A model generated the notes under the pieces. It had not been told where the DNA came from. It worked only from the letters and a program-made list of their open reading frames with translations, and did no database searches. Shown here one piece after another: positions 28,687-39,384 of a stretch of DNA of 64,000 nt (position 1 is the stretch's first letter; each line of letters starts with the position of its first letter). A program made the position numbers and the translations under genes. The stretch comes from an uncultured Ectothiorhodospiraceae bacterium (lineage in GTDB: Bacteria; Pseudomonadota; Gammaproteobacteria; CAMYNG01), in the NCBI GenBank assembly GCA_947259765.1, contig CAMYNG010000006.1:2880-66879 (forward strand), read 5' to 3'.

Positions 28687-31263
28687 ATGGCTAATAACAA
28701 ACGTTCTGCGCTCGAAGTACTTTATATCGAATACAAGGACCACATTTACAACTATATATATAGACTGTGCAGCAACCCGGATCTCGCGCAGGATGTGGTG
28801 CAGCAAACGTTTCTGAAGCTAATGCATGATCCGAATCTTGGTTCCCTGAGCCACCCCAAGGCCTACCTGTTTACCATCGCACGCAACACCCTGTACGACC
28901 AGTGGAAGAAAAAACGCGAGGTGTTACTTGCGAACGACGATCAGGAGGAGACCGGTCGCATGGTCGATGATATAAATCCATCACCACAGGAACAGGTACA
29001 GGAATCCGACCTGCAGAAAAAGGTCGCCGGCTACATTAATTCACTACCGGAAAAATCCCGCGAGCTAATGGTATTGCGCTATACCGAAGACATGTCCGTC
29101 AAAGAAATCTCTCATGTTACCGGCCGCAGTCTCTCGGATGTCAAGGTCAATTTACACCGCGCACGTCTTCGCTTTGATCAAGGTTTTACCCAGCACATGT
29201 ATGCCAAGGTGGCGGCCTCGCGCGATAATTGCCGGGAACTTACGGCTTTGTTAGCACCCTATGACGATGAACTACCGGCCGATCAATTACCGCTGGTGGA
29301 ACAACATTTGGTGTCTTGCAGCGTTTGCGCGGAAGACGCACAAGAAATGAAGCGCGCGCGCCAACTTTTCGCAACGCTACCCCTTATTGCGGCACCGCTC
29401 GCCCTGGATGCCGCCTTTAACAAGGCCGTTGCGGCCGAGCTTGGCACCGCAGTTGGAAGTGCTGTGGGTACTACCGTCGGTGGTACGGCTTCCGGCGGCG
29501 CTGCGGTTACCAGTACTTCGGCGGCGGTCGGCAAAACCCTGGGCACCAAGGTAGCCGCCGGTGTTCTGGTCGCGGCTCTTGGCGGAGGGGCAGCCTACCT
29601 GGCAACAAAACCGGAGATTGAAAACGGCAGTGCCACACCGACCGAGGTTGCCGGTACAAACACCGCCGTCGGTCAGGCCGGCAGTGTGCCGATCAGGACG
29701 GCTGCACGCCTCACAGCAAATGATGAAAAACTGGCAAGCGGTGTACACTGGACAGCCCATCGGCTGGACGCATCGCCGGACAGTCCGGCAACACCGAAGT
29801 GGGTCACCTCCAGCAACTCCTCGGAGCCAGTTTTCAAACTGGCGCCGGGACAATACCTGCTTACGGCACGCTATGGTGAGGCCCAGCAACAGAAACTTAT
29901 TACGGTTGATAGCGACACACCACAAGAACTGGATTTTGTACTCGGTGCCGGATTTTTACAGACAACGACACGCCTTAGTCCGGATTCTCAACCCTTGGAC
30001 AGCGGCGTTAGATATACCGTGCATGAGGCCTTGCCCGACAAAGACGGCAAGTACAAGTATGTCACCGCGATTTCAACTAATTCCGGCGCCTCCCGGCTAC
30101 CTGCCGGTCGTTACCGGATCACTGCCCGCACGGCCAACAACGCAGAAACCAGCCAGGAGTTTGAAGTGCTTGCGGGTAAACGTACCGACGTCGATCTCGT
30201 ATTGCAGTCAGGTTATCTTCAGTTGGGTGCACGCCTGACTCCAAAAGGCCCACTGCTGGAACAAGGCGTGAAGTTCAACATCTACAGCGCTGAGCCGGAT
30301 TCACAGGGCAAATACACGTATATAACTCAAACCCGTCCAAACAGCCCAGCAGTCAGCCTCGCGGCAGGCCACTATCGCATTGAAACAAGCTACGGCCGTA
30401 ACAGCAAAAATGTTGTTGGCGATCTGGAAGTAAAGGCCGGTGAACGTACCGTACATGACGATATCGTTTTGGGCAGCGGGTTTCTCCAGCTCGGTGCTCG
30501 TCTGGCGCAAGGCGCGCCATTGCTAAAAAGTAAGGTAAAGTTCAATGTCTACCATGCCGAGCAAAAACCGGATGGCAAATTCGATTATGTCACTCAGCTC
30601 TATCCTAACAGCGGTCCCGTTAGTTTGGCGGCAGGACACTACCGCGTTGAATCAAGTTTCGGTCGCAACGGTAAACATCTTGTGGAAGATCTGGAAGTCA
30701 AGGCCGGAGAAAAAACCGAGTATAACGATATTGTGCTCAACAGCGGCTTCCTTGAGCTTGGTGCACGTCTGGCGCCCGGCGGTCCGTTACTTAACAAAGA
30801 CGTCAAGTTCAATATCTACTATGCAAAACCGGAGGTAACCGGCAAGTACAAATACATCGCCCAGCTTTATCACAACAGTGGGCCCGTCAGTTTTGCGGCG
30901 AATCGTTATCGGGTTGAGGCGGTTTATGGCACTAACGGCAAGCAGACAACTGAGGTCACGGTCACTCCCGGCAAAAAAACCACGCAAAAAAATATTGTTT
31001 TGAACGCCGGTTTATTAAAGTTGAGTGCCTTTTCGAAAGGTCAAAAAACCGAATTGAAAAAGGATGTGAAATTCAACATATATTCTGACAGCACCGACGC
31101 AGCCGGCAAACGCAAATATCTGGCGCAGACCTATCCGGGCAGGAAACCGGCAAAACTTGCTGCGGGTACCTATTACATTACGGCTATCCAAAAAGACAAG
31201 CAGGTTAGCAAGCAGGTGACAGTGAAGGCGGGTAAAACCGTTGATGTTAAGCTGATGCTTTAG
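28687..31263 (+). CDS. ECF sigma factor fused to a zinc-finger anti-sigma-like domain, a TM helix and six ~88-aa repeats
   Basis: Sigma region 2 (LAQDVVQQTFLK, AYLFTIARN), region 4 (MSVKEIS..TGRSLSDVKVNLHRAR), HLVSCSVC, hydrophobic VAAGVLVAALGGGAAYLA, repeats G.L.LGARL...VKFNIY...LAAG.YR. Confidence 0.88.
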   Translation: MANNKRSALEVLYIEYKDHIYNYIYRLCSNPDLAQDVVQQTFLKLMHDPNLGSLSHPKAYLFTIARNTLYDQWKKKREVLLANDDQEETGRMVDDINPSPQEQVQESDLQKKVAGYINSLPEKSRELMVLRYTEDMSVKEISHVTGRSLSDVKVNLHRARLRFDQGFTQHMYAKVAASRDNCRELTALLAPYDDELPADQLPLVEQHLVSCSVCAEDAQEMKRARQLFATLPLIAAPLALDAAFNKAVAAELGTAVGSAVGTTVGGTASGGAAVTSTSAAVGKTLGTKVAAGVLVAALGGGAAYLATKPEIENGSATPTEVAGTNTAVGQAGSVPIRTAARLTANDEKLASGVHWTAHRLDASPDSPATPKWVTSSNSSEPVFKLAPGQYLLTARYGEAQQQKLITVDSDTPQELDFVLGAGFLQTTTRLSPDSQPLDSGVRYTVHEALPDKDGKYKYVTAISTNSGASRLPAGRYRITARTANNAETSQEFEVLAGKRTDVDLVLQSGYLQLGARLTPKGPLLEQGVKFNIYSAEPDSQGKYTYITQTRPNSPAVSLAAGHYRIETSYGRNSKNVVGDLEVKAGERTVHDDIVLGSGFLQLGARLAQGAPLLKSKVKFNVYHAEQKPDGKFDYVTQLYPNSGPVSLAAGHYRVESSFGRNGKHLVEDLEVKAGEKTEYNDIVLNSGFLELGARLAPGGPLLNKDVKFNIYYAKPEVTGKYKYIAQLYHNSGPVSFAANRYRVEAVYGTNGKQTTEVTVTPGKKTTQKNIVLNAGLLKLSAFSKGQKTELKKDVKFNIYSDSTDAAGKRKYLAQTYPGRKPAKLAAGTYYITAIQKDKQVSKQVTVKAGKTVDVKLML

Positions 31264-31278
31264 CGCTGCCCGGAACAC

Positions 31279-31350
31279 GTCATTCTGGCGCATGCTAAAA
31301 ACCAGTCTGTTTCTGTTTAATTAGTGGACTCCGGCATTCGCCGGAGTAAC
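31279..31350. repeat. Degenerate REP/RPE-like doublet
   Basis: gtcattctggcgcatgct ... ggactccggcattcgccggagtaac. Confidence 0.65.
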
Positions 31351-31517
31351 GAACCGGAGCTTAGCCGGCAGTATCTTGGCAGCGGCATAGATCTGGTTAC
31401 GTCGTTCCGAAGTAAAATCCCTCTTTATACAAAGGGTCTCTGTTTGTTCACAGCGCAAATTGGTCCATAATGGCGCACACTTGTTTACCACACCAAAACG
31501 AACTGGCTGGAAATTTT

Positions 31518-32330
31518 ATGACCGCGCCTGCACTAAAACCGGAAGAGTATTTTATAAAGGAAGAGCCCTATTACGAGCCCGTTGGCGACGAAATAGAAAT
31601 CTTTCAGGCGGCTTTTGAGCAAAAGCTACCCGTATTACTCAAAGGGCCAACCGGTTGTGGCAAAACCCGTTTTATGGAACATATGGCCTGGCGGCTGAAA
31701 AAGCCGCTGATCACGGTATCTTGTCATGATGACCTGACAGCGTCTGATCTGGTAGGACGTTTTTTGGTCAAAGGTGGTGAGACGATCTGGGTCGACGGAC
31801 CACTTACCCGCGCCGCCCGCAGCGGTGCGATTTGTTATCTGGATGAGGTCGTTGAGGCGCGCAAAGACACCACCGTGGTGATTCATCCGCTGGCCGACGA
31901 CCGCCGTGTACTACCGATAGAAAAGCTCGGTGAAATTGTAGAGGCGCCGGACGATTTTTGTTTGGCCATTTCCTATAACCCGGGCTACCAGAGCGTGCTA
32001 AAGGATTTAAAACAAAGTACCCGCCAACGTTTCGTTGCGCTGGAGTTTGACTACCCGGCGGCGGAACTCGAAACCAATATTGTCGCGCGTGAAACCGGCG
32101 TCAGTCACGAAATTGCGGCAAAACTGGTCAAATTTGCCGGCATGACGCGAAATCTCAAAGGCAGCGGCCTTGAAGAAGGCGCCAGCACTCGCTTACTGGT
32201 CCACGCAGCAAAACTGATCGGTACCGGTGTCTCTCCTGTCGCGGCGTGCCAATCAGCCATTGCACAGGCACTTACCGATGATACCGAAATGTTGGCTGCG
32301 GTGAGCGAACTCTCCTCATCCTTGTTCTAG
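31518..32330 (+). CDS. CbbQ/NirQ/NorQ family MoxR AAA+ ATPase
   Basis: [60 protein letters not shown]. Confidence 0.93.
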   Translation: MTAPALKPEEYFIKEEPYYEPVGDEIEIFQAAFEQKLPVLLKGPTGCGKTRFMEHMAWRLKKPLITVSCHDDLTASDLVGRFLVKGGETIWVDGPLTRAARSGAICYLDEVVEARKDTTVVIHPLADDRRVLPIEKLGEIVEAPDDFCLAISYNPGYQSVLKDLKQSTRQRFVALEFDYPAAELETNIVARETGVSHEIAAKLVKFAGMTRNLKGSGLEEGASTRLLVHAAKLIGTGVSPVAACQSAIAQALTDDTEMLAAVSELSSSLF

Positions 32331-32390
32331 CTAAACAGGCAATCGTTATTCATTTTTGCTGAACCAGGAAACAACCCGACGATTGCGCCT

Positions 32391-34514
32391 ATGGCCCGGA
32401 CCCGACTCACGTTTGACAAAATATGTGCCACGCTGGATCGTTGCCTTGATGTCGAATTTTCGTTTTTAAAAACTGAGCAACCGGCGGCGATTATCGCGGA
32501 GCTTGATTCAGATCAGCAGGGCTATATTCTGGAGTGGGTGCAACGTGTCGCCAGCACCAATATCCAATTGTCATATCAATTCATCACCCAGGCCACGGCC
32601 GTACTGGATCGCATGGATCGCGGCATCATCGAAGCGTGGGCGTTACATGCAATGGATATGTACGATCAATCCGGATTGCATGCCGCACTCAACGTGATCA
32701 AAAGCGTTGACAAATTTGTTCAACTAAGCCATGAACGTACTGCGGGTGCGGTATTTGAAGACAACGTCGGGGTTCTTTCACATTTTGTTCACGGTCTATC
32801 TGGCCGCCAACTCAAACTGGCAGAGGCCGACTGTGTATATACCGATACCGAGACGCTTTTTTTACCTCCGGTGATCGCGCAACTACAAACCACACAGGAA
32901 AATTTCCTGCTGTATAAAATAATGGTTGCATACCTGTGGGCGCAAACACGCTTTGGAACTTTTCGTGAATCCGTGAGCGAAGCACTGCAGGAAGAATCCG
33001 ATCCGCAACAGTTTCTGGATCTTTTTCATGCGCTTGACAGTGTTCGACTTGAGGCGTGTATCGAGCGTGAATTACCGGGACTGCATCGAGAACTTAATCG
33101 AATTAAAGCCACGCTTCAGGCTGACTGCTCTACCGACCCGAGCTGGGCGACTCAGGTTGAAGAACTATGCGCGCCCGATTGTGATGTTGCTACGGTTTTG
33201 CGATTGACCCGAACCGCCAAGGGTAAAGATTCTCCTCCAAGGACCTTGTTCTATCATGGTGTCCTCGATATCGAGGCGGTAGAAACAGTAATGGCTCAGC
33301 GGCTGGAGAAGGAAAAGGCGCAGTTGCGTTCTGTGCTTCGGCAAATTGCCGAGGATATGCAAGACGGTGAAGCGGAAGATTCTACCGAACAAAAGCAGTT
33401 TGAAGCCAATAAAAAAGCCGACCCATCACAACCGGAAGGTTTTACGATTGAGTTGACTCTACAGGATCAACCAGTACCGATCCCTGAAGTCGTTAATCGC
33501 CTGACGACCTCTATCGTACAAGATCTGGGCGATATTCCCGACGACTACCTGCAAGCCGCGGGCGAGGGTGAATATGATCCGGCCTTGTTCCTTGAGAAAG
33601 AGGTCGATCCGGACGACGTATGGAAAGGCACGTACCACGAGGAAGGTGCTTTTTTATACAACGAATGGGATTTTCGCCGCCAACACTACCGCAAAAGCTG
33701 GTGTGCGGTACGCGAAAAAGACATCACTCCCGTGCACGATGATTTTGTGCGCGCTACGCTGGGAAAGTATAGCGGCTTTATTAAACAATTACGCAAGACC
33801 TTTGAGGCCATGCGCGATGAAGATCGATTGCTAAAACGGCAGGTCCACGGCGATGGAATTGATATAGACGCCCTGGTAGAAGCACTGGCCGACGCACGCG
33901 ACGGCAGCGAAATGTCTGATCGTTTGTTCACCCGCATGCATCGCACCGAACGCAACATCGCAGTATGTTTCATGGTGGACATGAGCGGTTCAACCAAAGG
34001 CTGGATTAACGATGCCGAACGCGAATCGTTGATACTGCTGGCTGAAACATTGGAGACTCTGGGCGATCGTTACGCGATTTACGGCTTTTCCGGCATGGCG
34101 CGCAAGAAGTGTGAAATCTATCGTATTAAGGAGTTTGACGAGCAGTACGACAGTGAGGTGCGCGCGCGCATCAGCGGTATTACACCGCAGGACTATACCC
34201 GTATGGGATTTGCCATCCGCCATTTAACACAGAAACTTCTGGAAACCGAAGCACGCACACGCATCCTGATTACGCTTTCAGACGGCAAGCCGGACGACTA
34301 CGACAATTATCGCGGTGAATACGGTATCGAGGATACGCGCCGTGCCCTGGTTGAGTCCCGGCGTGCCGGCATACACCCGTACTGCATCACGATCGATCGT
34401 GAAGCGCGTGACTACTTACCCCATATGTATGGCGCCGCCGGCTACACGGTTATAGATGCGGTTTACAAGCTACCGCTCAAGGTCTCGGATATCTACCGCC
34501 GACTTACAACCTAA
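32391..34514 (+). CDS. CbbO/NorD family VWA-domain adaptor
   Basis: YNEWDF, MIDAS motif DMSGST, YTRMGFAIRH, LSDGKPDD, YGIEDTR. Confidence 0.9.
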   Translation: MARTRLTFDKICATLDRCLDVEFSFLKTEQPAAIIAELDSDQQGYILEWVQRVASTNIQLSYQFITQATAVLDRMDRGIIEAWALHAMDMYDQSGLHAALNVIKSVDKFVQLSHERTAGAVFEDNVGVLSHFVHGLSGRQLKLAEADCVYTDTETLFLPPVIAQLQTTQENFLLYKIMVAYLWAQTRFGTFRESVSEALQEESDPQQFLDLFHALDSVRLEACIERELPGLHRELNRIKATLQADCSTDPSWATQVEELCAPDCDVATVLRLTRTAKGKDSPPRTLFYHGVLDIEAVETVMAQRLEKEKAQLRSVLRQIAEDMQDGEAEDSTEQKQFEANKKADPSQPEGFTIELTLQDQPVPIPEVVNRLTTSIVQDLGDIPDDYLQAAGEGEYDPALFLEKEVDPDDVWKGTYHEEGAFLYNEWDFRRQHYRKSWCAVREKDITPVHDDFVRATLGKYSGFIKQLRKTFEAMRDEDRLLKRQVHGDGIDIDALVEALADARDGSEMSDRLFTRMHRTERNIAVCFMVDMSGSTKGWINDAERESLILLAETLETLGDRYAIYGFSGMARKKCEIYRIKEFDEQYDSEVRARISGITPQDYTRMGFAIRHLTQKLLETEARTRILITLSDGKPDDYDNYRGEYGIEDTRRALVESRRAGIHPYCITIDREARDYLPHMYGAAGYTVIDAVYKLPLKVSDIYRRLTT

Positions 34515-34658
34515 GTATGTGATTCGGTTTTAGAATCAGCCCAGCTTTTGGTTCTGCCTTATAGTTTGTATGTTCCCAAACGATCTACTGAGCAATCTAC
34601 TGTTTGCGACGCTAATTTGGCACCAATCACAATCAAAGCATAGCTACACTCGTACATT

Positions 34659-36371
34659 GTGCGTAAAATCAGGCACATGCGTGGGGTCAATGATGTAATC
34701 CGATTAATGGTGATCAGCCGGGTGTTACTGCGGCACGGCCTGGATGAACTGGTGCTTAAAACGCACTTGTTTCGCCCGGTACGCTGGGTAAATCGCTTGT
34801 TACCCTGGAACTGGGTTCCGCGAACACAGCGGGCACGCGGCGAACGCATTCGCAACGCGCTTGAGGATCTTGGACCAATTTTCGTCAAGTTGGGACAGAT
34901 CCTGTCCACCCGTCGCGACTTGCTTCCGGATGATATTGCCGAGGAGTTGGCCAAGCTACAGGATCAGGTACCGCCGTTTCCCGGCGAACTGGCCATCAAG
35001 ATAATTGAAGACGCTTACGGCCACTCACTGTATGACGATTTTGCCGAATTCGATCCGGAACCCTTTGCTTCGGCCTCTATCGCCCAAGTGCACGGCGCAC
35101 GTCTGCATAACGGGGCCGAAGTCGTCGTAAAAGTGTTACGTCCGGGTATCGCCAAAGTCATCCAGCGCGATATTGGTTTGATGTACCAAATCGCGCAAAA
35201 AATGGAGCGTTATTGGGCAGATGGACGCCGGTTACGACCTGTAGAAGTGGTTGCCGAATTTGAAAAAACCATTTTTGATGAGCTGGACCTGCTGCGAGAG
35301 GCGGCCAACGCGAGTCAACTACGGCGCAACTTTCTCGATTCTCCGTTGCTGTATGTTCCCGAGATCTACTGGGAATGCTCACGCGAAAATGTGCTCGTTA
35401 TGGAGCGGATTTTTGGCATTCCCGTGGGCGATACCGAGACCCTGGCCCAGGCCGGTATAGATTTCAAACGACTGGCAGAGAGTGGTGTGGAAATATTCTT
35501 CGCCCAGGTATTTCGCGACAGTTTTTTCCATGCCGATATGCACCCCGGAAATATTTTCGTTGCCGATGACGGCCAGTACATTGCGGTGGATTTTGGCATC
35601 ATGGGTACGCTTAATCCTTCCGACCAGCGTTATCTGGCAGAGAACTTCCTTGCCTTTTTTAATCGTGACTATCGCAGGGTTGCGCAGTTGCATCTCGATT
35701 CGGGATGGGTGAGCCCTGATACGCGAATTGACGAATTCGAGGCCGCAATTCGCACAGTGTGTGAGCCCATTTTTGACAAACCTTTGAAGGAGATCTCCTT
35801 CGGTCAGTTTTTACTCAGGCTGTTCCAAACCGCCCGGCGGTTTAACATGGAAGTGCAGCCGCAACTGGTGCTTCTGCAAAAAACCCTGCTTAACATCGAA
35901 GGTCTTGGCCGACAGCTTTATCCGGAGCTTGATCTTTGGCAAACGGCCAAACCGTTTTTACAACGCTGGATGACACAACAAGTGGGGCCACAGTCTTTTC
36001 TGCGCCACTTACGTGAGCAGGGACCACGCTGGTTCGAGAATTTACCGCGACTGCCAAACCTCATGCACGACTACCTGCGTAAAGCGCGCGATGGTGAACT
36101 CAATGTTCAAATCAGCCCTCAGCAACTGAATGAGATTAGGCAGCAGATTCGACGTGCGAATCGACGCACGTTCGGCGCGGTGGTCGGCAGCAGCCTGGTT
36201 ATTTCAGCCGCGCTCGTTTTTGCGCTCGACGGCTACGGTAAGTCCATGCTGTCAGATATCTGGTTTTTTGAAATACTTGGCCCGCTCGCGAACGCCCCCG
36301 TTACCACCTGGATTCTGGGCGTGGTGGGCGGCATTACATTACTCTCCGTCTGGCCGCGCGACCGCCACTGA
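34659..36371 (+). CDS. ubiB: Ubiquinone biosynthesis protein kinase-like UbiB
   Basis: [52 protein letters not shown]. Confidence 0.97.
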   Translation: MRKIRHMRGVNDVIRLMVISRVLLRHGLDELVLKTHLFRPVRWVNRLLPWNWVPRTQRARGERIRNALEDLGPIFVKLGQILSTRRDLLPDDIAEELAKLQDQVPPFPGELAIKIIEDAYGHSLYDDFAEFDPEPFASASIAQVHGARLHNGAEVVVKVLRPGIAKVIQRDIGLMYQIAQKMERYWADGRRLRPVEVVAEFEKTIFDELDLLREAANASQLRRNFLDSPLLYVPEIYWECSRENVLVMERIFGIPVGDTETLAQAGIDFKRLAESGVEIFFAQVFRDSFFHADMHPGNIFVADDGQYIAVDFGIMGTLNPSDQRYLAENFLAFFNRDYRRVAQLHLDSGWVSPDTRIDEFEAAIRTVCEPIFDKPLKEISFGQFLLRLFQTARRFNMEVQPQLVLLQKTLLNIEGLGRQLYPELDLWQTAKPFLQRWMTQQVGPQSFLRHLREQGPRWFENLPRLPNLMHDYLRKARDGELNVQISPQQLNEIRQQIRRANRRTFGAVVGSSLVISAALVFALDGYGKSMLSDIWFFEILGPLANAPVTTWILGVVGGITLLSVWPRDRH

Positions 36372-36541
36372 CTCCTACGGCATCAACGGCCCATTACCTC
36401 GCCATCCTTGCCGGGCAACTTCCATAAAAAGCCGTAAAAACAGCCTGTTATTTGCAGGAAAAAAGCCTAAAGCGATACCGTACCTGGACGATAAGAATAT
36501 AAGCAATTACTTATATTAACTAATCAATCCGGGAGTTTTCT

Positions 36542-36958
36542 ATGTGGGGTCAATTTTCAAGGGCGGGATTCGTGTTGCTGTTAGTGGTGTCTTTTCTGCT
36601 GGTATCGCTGGATTCAGTTGCGGCACAGGCCAAGGTCCAGATCGCGTCAGCGGAAAAGGTGATTCAACTTTCCGACGAAGATGAGGAAATGGTGGTGCTG
36701 GATGCACGCGGCGCCAAGGACCGTCGCACCGGCCATATCCGCTGGTCACAAGGCATAACGAGCAAACAACTCAACGGTGCATTTCTTGAAAACGTCGTCG
36801 CGAGCAAGAATACAGTGGTCGTGTTCTACGGAGACCGAGACAGTAAACTCGCTGCAACCGGCGCAAAGATTGCCATACAGGCCGGCTACACAGATGTGTA
36901 TTGGTTAAAAGGCGGCTGGCAGGAATGGCAATCTAAAGGCCTACGCCTGGATCAATAG
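36542..36958 (+). CDS. Exported rhodanese-like protein lacking the catalytic Cys
   Basis: Signal peptide; VLDAR, GHI, VVFYG (Cys replaced by Gly), LKGGWQEW. Confidence 0.8.
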   Translation: MWGQFSRAGFVLLLVVSFLLVSLDSVAAQAKVQIASAEKVIQLSDEDEEMVVLDARGAKDRRTGHIRWSQGITSKQLNGAFLENVVASKNTVVVFYGDRDSKLAATGAKIAIQAGYTDVYWLKGGWQEWQSKGLRLDQ

Positions 36959-37036
36959 AAATTCCGGGTAAATGTGCAGTGGCTTGCCCGGGTTTGTTAG
37001 CCCAGGCACTTAATGTCGGCGTTTTCTCAAAGCCAC

Positions 37037-38023
37037 TTAGCCGCCCAAAAATCTTTGGCGCAGCATTACGGTAATAGTCAACAAAACCAGCAGCACAAGC
37101 CATATCACCGTATACAACGTCACCGACTGGCGGGCCTTTTTTCTCTCCAACCAGGTGCGCGGCTTAACGCCTTTAAAAAGAAATACCAACTTGGCGGCAA
37201 GATTGACGCAAACAATATTGACGGCCAGAAGCAGCAACGCACCCAGCGCGAAATCGGGCTGGCGCGCTGCCAACATCAGGCCCACCGTTACCGTAGGCGG
37301 CAGGATCGCCACCGCAACCATCACGCCAACCAACGCACTTGAAATACCGGACGTCAACGACAATACAGCTGCGGCCCCAGAAGCCAACGCTAGAACAATA
37401 CCCGCAATACCCACATCGGTGCGCGCAACAATTTCTTCGCTGTTTAAATTAAAATGCCAAACGAGACCCACCAGTGCCGATAATCCAAATGCTATGAACA
37501 CACCGGTCAGGTTCGTTCTTAAGGCAGACCAAAACAGCTGTGAATCACCAATTGATGATGCGAATGCCAGCGCAATATTGGGCCCCAGCAAGGGCGCGAT
37601 CACCATCGCGCCAATCACCACGGCGACGCTGTTTTCAATAAGGCCGATCGCCGCTACGATCGTGGACAGGATGACCAGCAAGTAGAAGTTACTATCCCGT
37701 CGCGCACCAAAGGCAATATTCTGATACAGCTCCTCACGGGTGCGAACCACCGAAGCCGCTTTCTCGTTTTCGTCTTCAACCGGCCGGGGTATTGTCGCGT
37801 CAACGGGTAGAATCACAATGCGTGACGTTTCAATTTTACCGAGAGCGGTTTGGATTGAATCAATAACGGCCTGCTGTTTTGCCGGACGCACCAGCAGACG
37901 TATGGTGCATCGCCCGTCCTCGCCTGCCGGCGTCATCCAGTAATCGAGAATTTCATGCTGATCGGCGATACCCTTAACGGTATCGAGGTGCCCATGATCG
38001 GTAACTACTTCAATAACTCGCAT
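37037..38023 (-). CDS. TIGR00341 / DUF389 family membrane protein
   Basis: AVVIGAMVIAPLLGP, GVMVAVAILPP, LLLAVNIVCVNLA. Confidence 0.88.
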   Translation of the reverse strand: MRVIEVVTDHGHLDTVKGIADQHEILDYWMTPAGEDGRCTIRLLVRPAKQQAVIDSIQTALGKIETSRIVILPVDATIPRPVEDENEKAASVVRTREELYQNIAFGARRDSNFYLLVILSTIVAAIGLIENSVAVVIGAMVIAPLLGPNIALAFASSIGDSQLFWSALRTNLTGVFIAFGLSALVGLVWHFNLNSEEIVARTDVGIAGIVLALASGAAAVLSLTSGISSALVGVMVAVAILPPTVTVGLMLAARQPDFALGALLLLAVNIVCVNLAAKLVFLFKGVKPRTWLERKKARQSVTLYTVIWLVLLVLLTITVMLRQRFLGG

Positions 38024-38035
38024 AAAATTTTTGCG

Positions 38036-38593
38036 TCAGGCAGCGGGACGCTGCAGCGGCGCTTCAACTTCATCCCGCTTCTGCTTTCCTAGCAGACTTT
38101 CAACAAGCGTTAGCGCAAAGTCCATCGCGGTGCCCGGTCCACGAGAAGTAATCACAAGATTATCAATCACCACCGGTTCTTCAACATAAGTCAGGCCACT
38201 TATTGCTGCTATATCAATAGAGCCGGGAAAACTTGTTGCGCGGTGATTGTCGAGCAGACCGGCCGCGGCCAAGGCTCTCGGTGCGGCGCATATCGCCGCG
38301 ACGTAGCGCCGTTCTGTTACGTTTTTGATAAGCATTTCACGCAATCGTAAATCGTCCCGCAAGTGATCCGCGCCCGGCAGTCCACCGGGCAAAACGATCA
38401 TGTCAAAGGTATTTTCACGAACCGCGTCTAGCTCCGTGTCCGGAATCAGCACGGTACCACGACTGGCTCGCACCGGTTGATCATCGAGTCCCGCCGTTAC
38501 AACATCAACACCTGCACGGCGCAGAATATCAATTACGGTGACGGCTTCGAGCTCCTCGCAGCCTTGGGCGAGGGGGATAAGGACGCTTGCCAT
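38036..38593 (-). CDS. yajL: DJ-1/YajL/ThiJ family deglycase
   Basis: GCEELEAVT..DILRRAG, VLPGG, AAICAAP, TSRGPGTA. Confidence 0.9.
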   Translation of the reverse strand: MASVLIPLAQGCEELEAVTVIDILRRAGVDVVTAGLDDQPVRASRGTVLIPDTELDAVRENTFDMIVLPGGLPGADHLRDDLRLREMLIKNVTERRYVAAICAAPRALAAAGLLDNHRATSFPGSIDIAAISGLTYVEEPVVIDNLVITSRGPGTAMDFALTLVESLLGKQKRDEVEAPLQRPAA

Positions 38594-39369
38594 GTTCGGG
38601 CCCTCCATTCTCTTAAGTTAATTAAGGTAGACACTGTCACCAGGCTTATTCCTTTATAGTCCAGCTCGGCCAGGCGTGCCTCCAGAATTTCCAGCGTTAC
38701 CGGGTACGGGTGTGCGATGGCCAGCACAGATCCGTGTGACTCGGTTTTATGCAACATGTTATCAAACTGTGCATTAATCATGTTGGCATCTTCCTCGGGA
38801 TCCAGAAAAATGTCTCGCCGTGCTGCAGGGACGCCACGCTGCTTAGCAGTTTCCAAAGCAACACTTTGTGCAGTAGTACGACTATCGACGAAAAACAGTC
38901 CGCTATTTTTGTGTAGCGCGTCCATGAACCATTGCATGGAAACAAGCTGGCGCGTCAACAAGCTTCCCATATGATTATTGACACCGGTGGCGAAGGGGAT
39001 AGAACGAATATTTTCCTGAACAACGGCATGCATCTGCGCCCGTGACATGCCCTGCGTTAAGCCACCGGGGCCTAAGGCCTTACCGTTGTTTGCCTGCATT
39101 GGCAGGTGCAACAACACTTCCTTTTTGAGCTCATGGGCGCGCTTCGCCAGCCGTTCTGCGTAAGGTGTTCGTGGCAGAAACGATAACGATACCGGCCAAT
39201 TCAATTCGACGGCACGTTGGCCTTCCGCCCAGCGGTCGCCAACATCATCGATGATGATGCTGACGACAGGGACCTGTGTACGGGGGGTAAAACGCTCTGC
39301 GGCGCTCGAACCCGGTACGCCGCATAAGATTAATACCAAGATAATCCATGTTCTTAACAGAACGGTCAT
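38533..39369 (-). CDS. Divergent polysaccharide deacetylase family protein (YibQ-like)
   Basis: IIIDDVG, LLHLPM, GVNNHMGS, FFVDSRT, RDIFLD, AIAHP; 3' end overlaps the yajL start by about 60 nt. Confidence 0.9.
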   Translation of the reverse strand: MTVLLRTWIILVLILCGVPGSSAAERFTPRTQVPVVSIIIDDVGDRWAEGQRAVELNWPVSLSFLPRTPYAERLAKRAHELKKEVLLHLPMQANNGKALGPGGLTQGMSRAQMHAVVQENIRSIPFATGVNNHMGSLLTRQLVSMQWFMDALHKNSGLFFVDSRTTAQSVALETAKQRGVPAARRDIFLDPEEDANMINAQFDNMLHKTESHGSVLAIAHPYPVTLEILEARLAELDYKGISLVTVSTLINLREWRARTWQASLSPSPKAARSSKPSP

Positions 39370-39384
39370 CCTGGTAATGGAATG

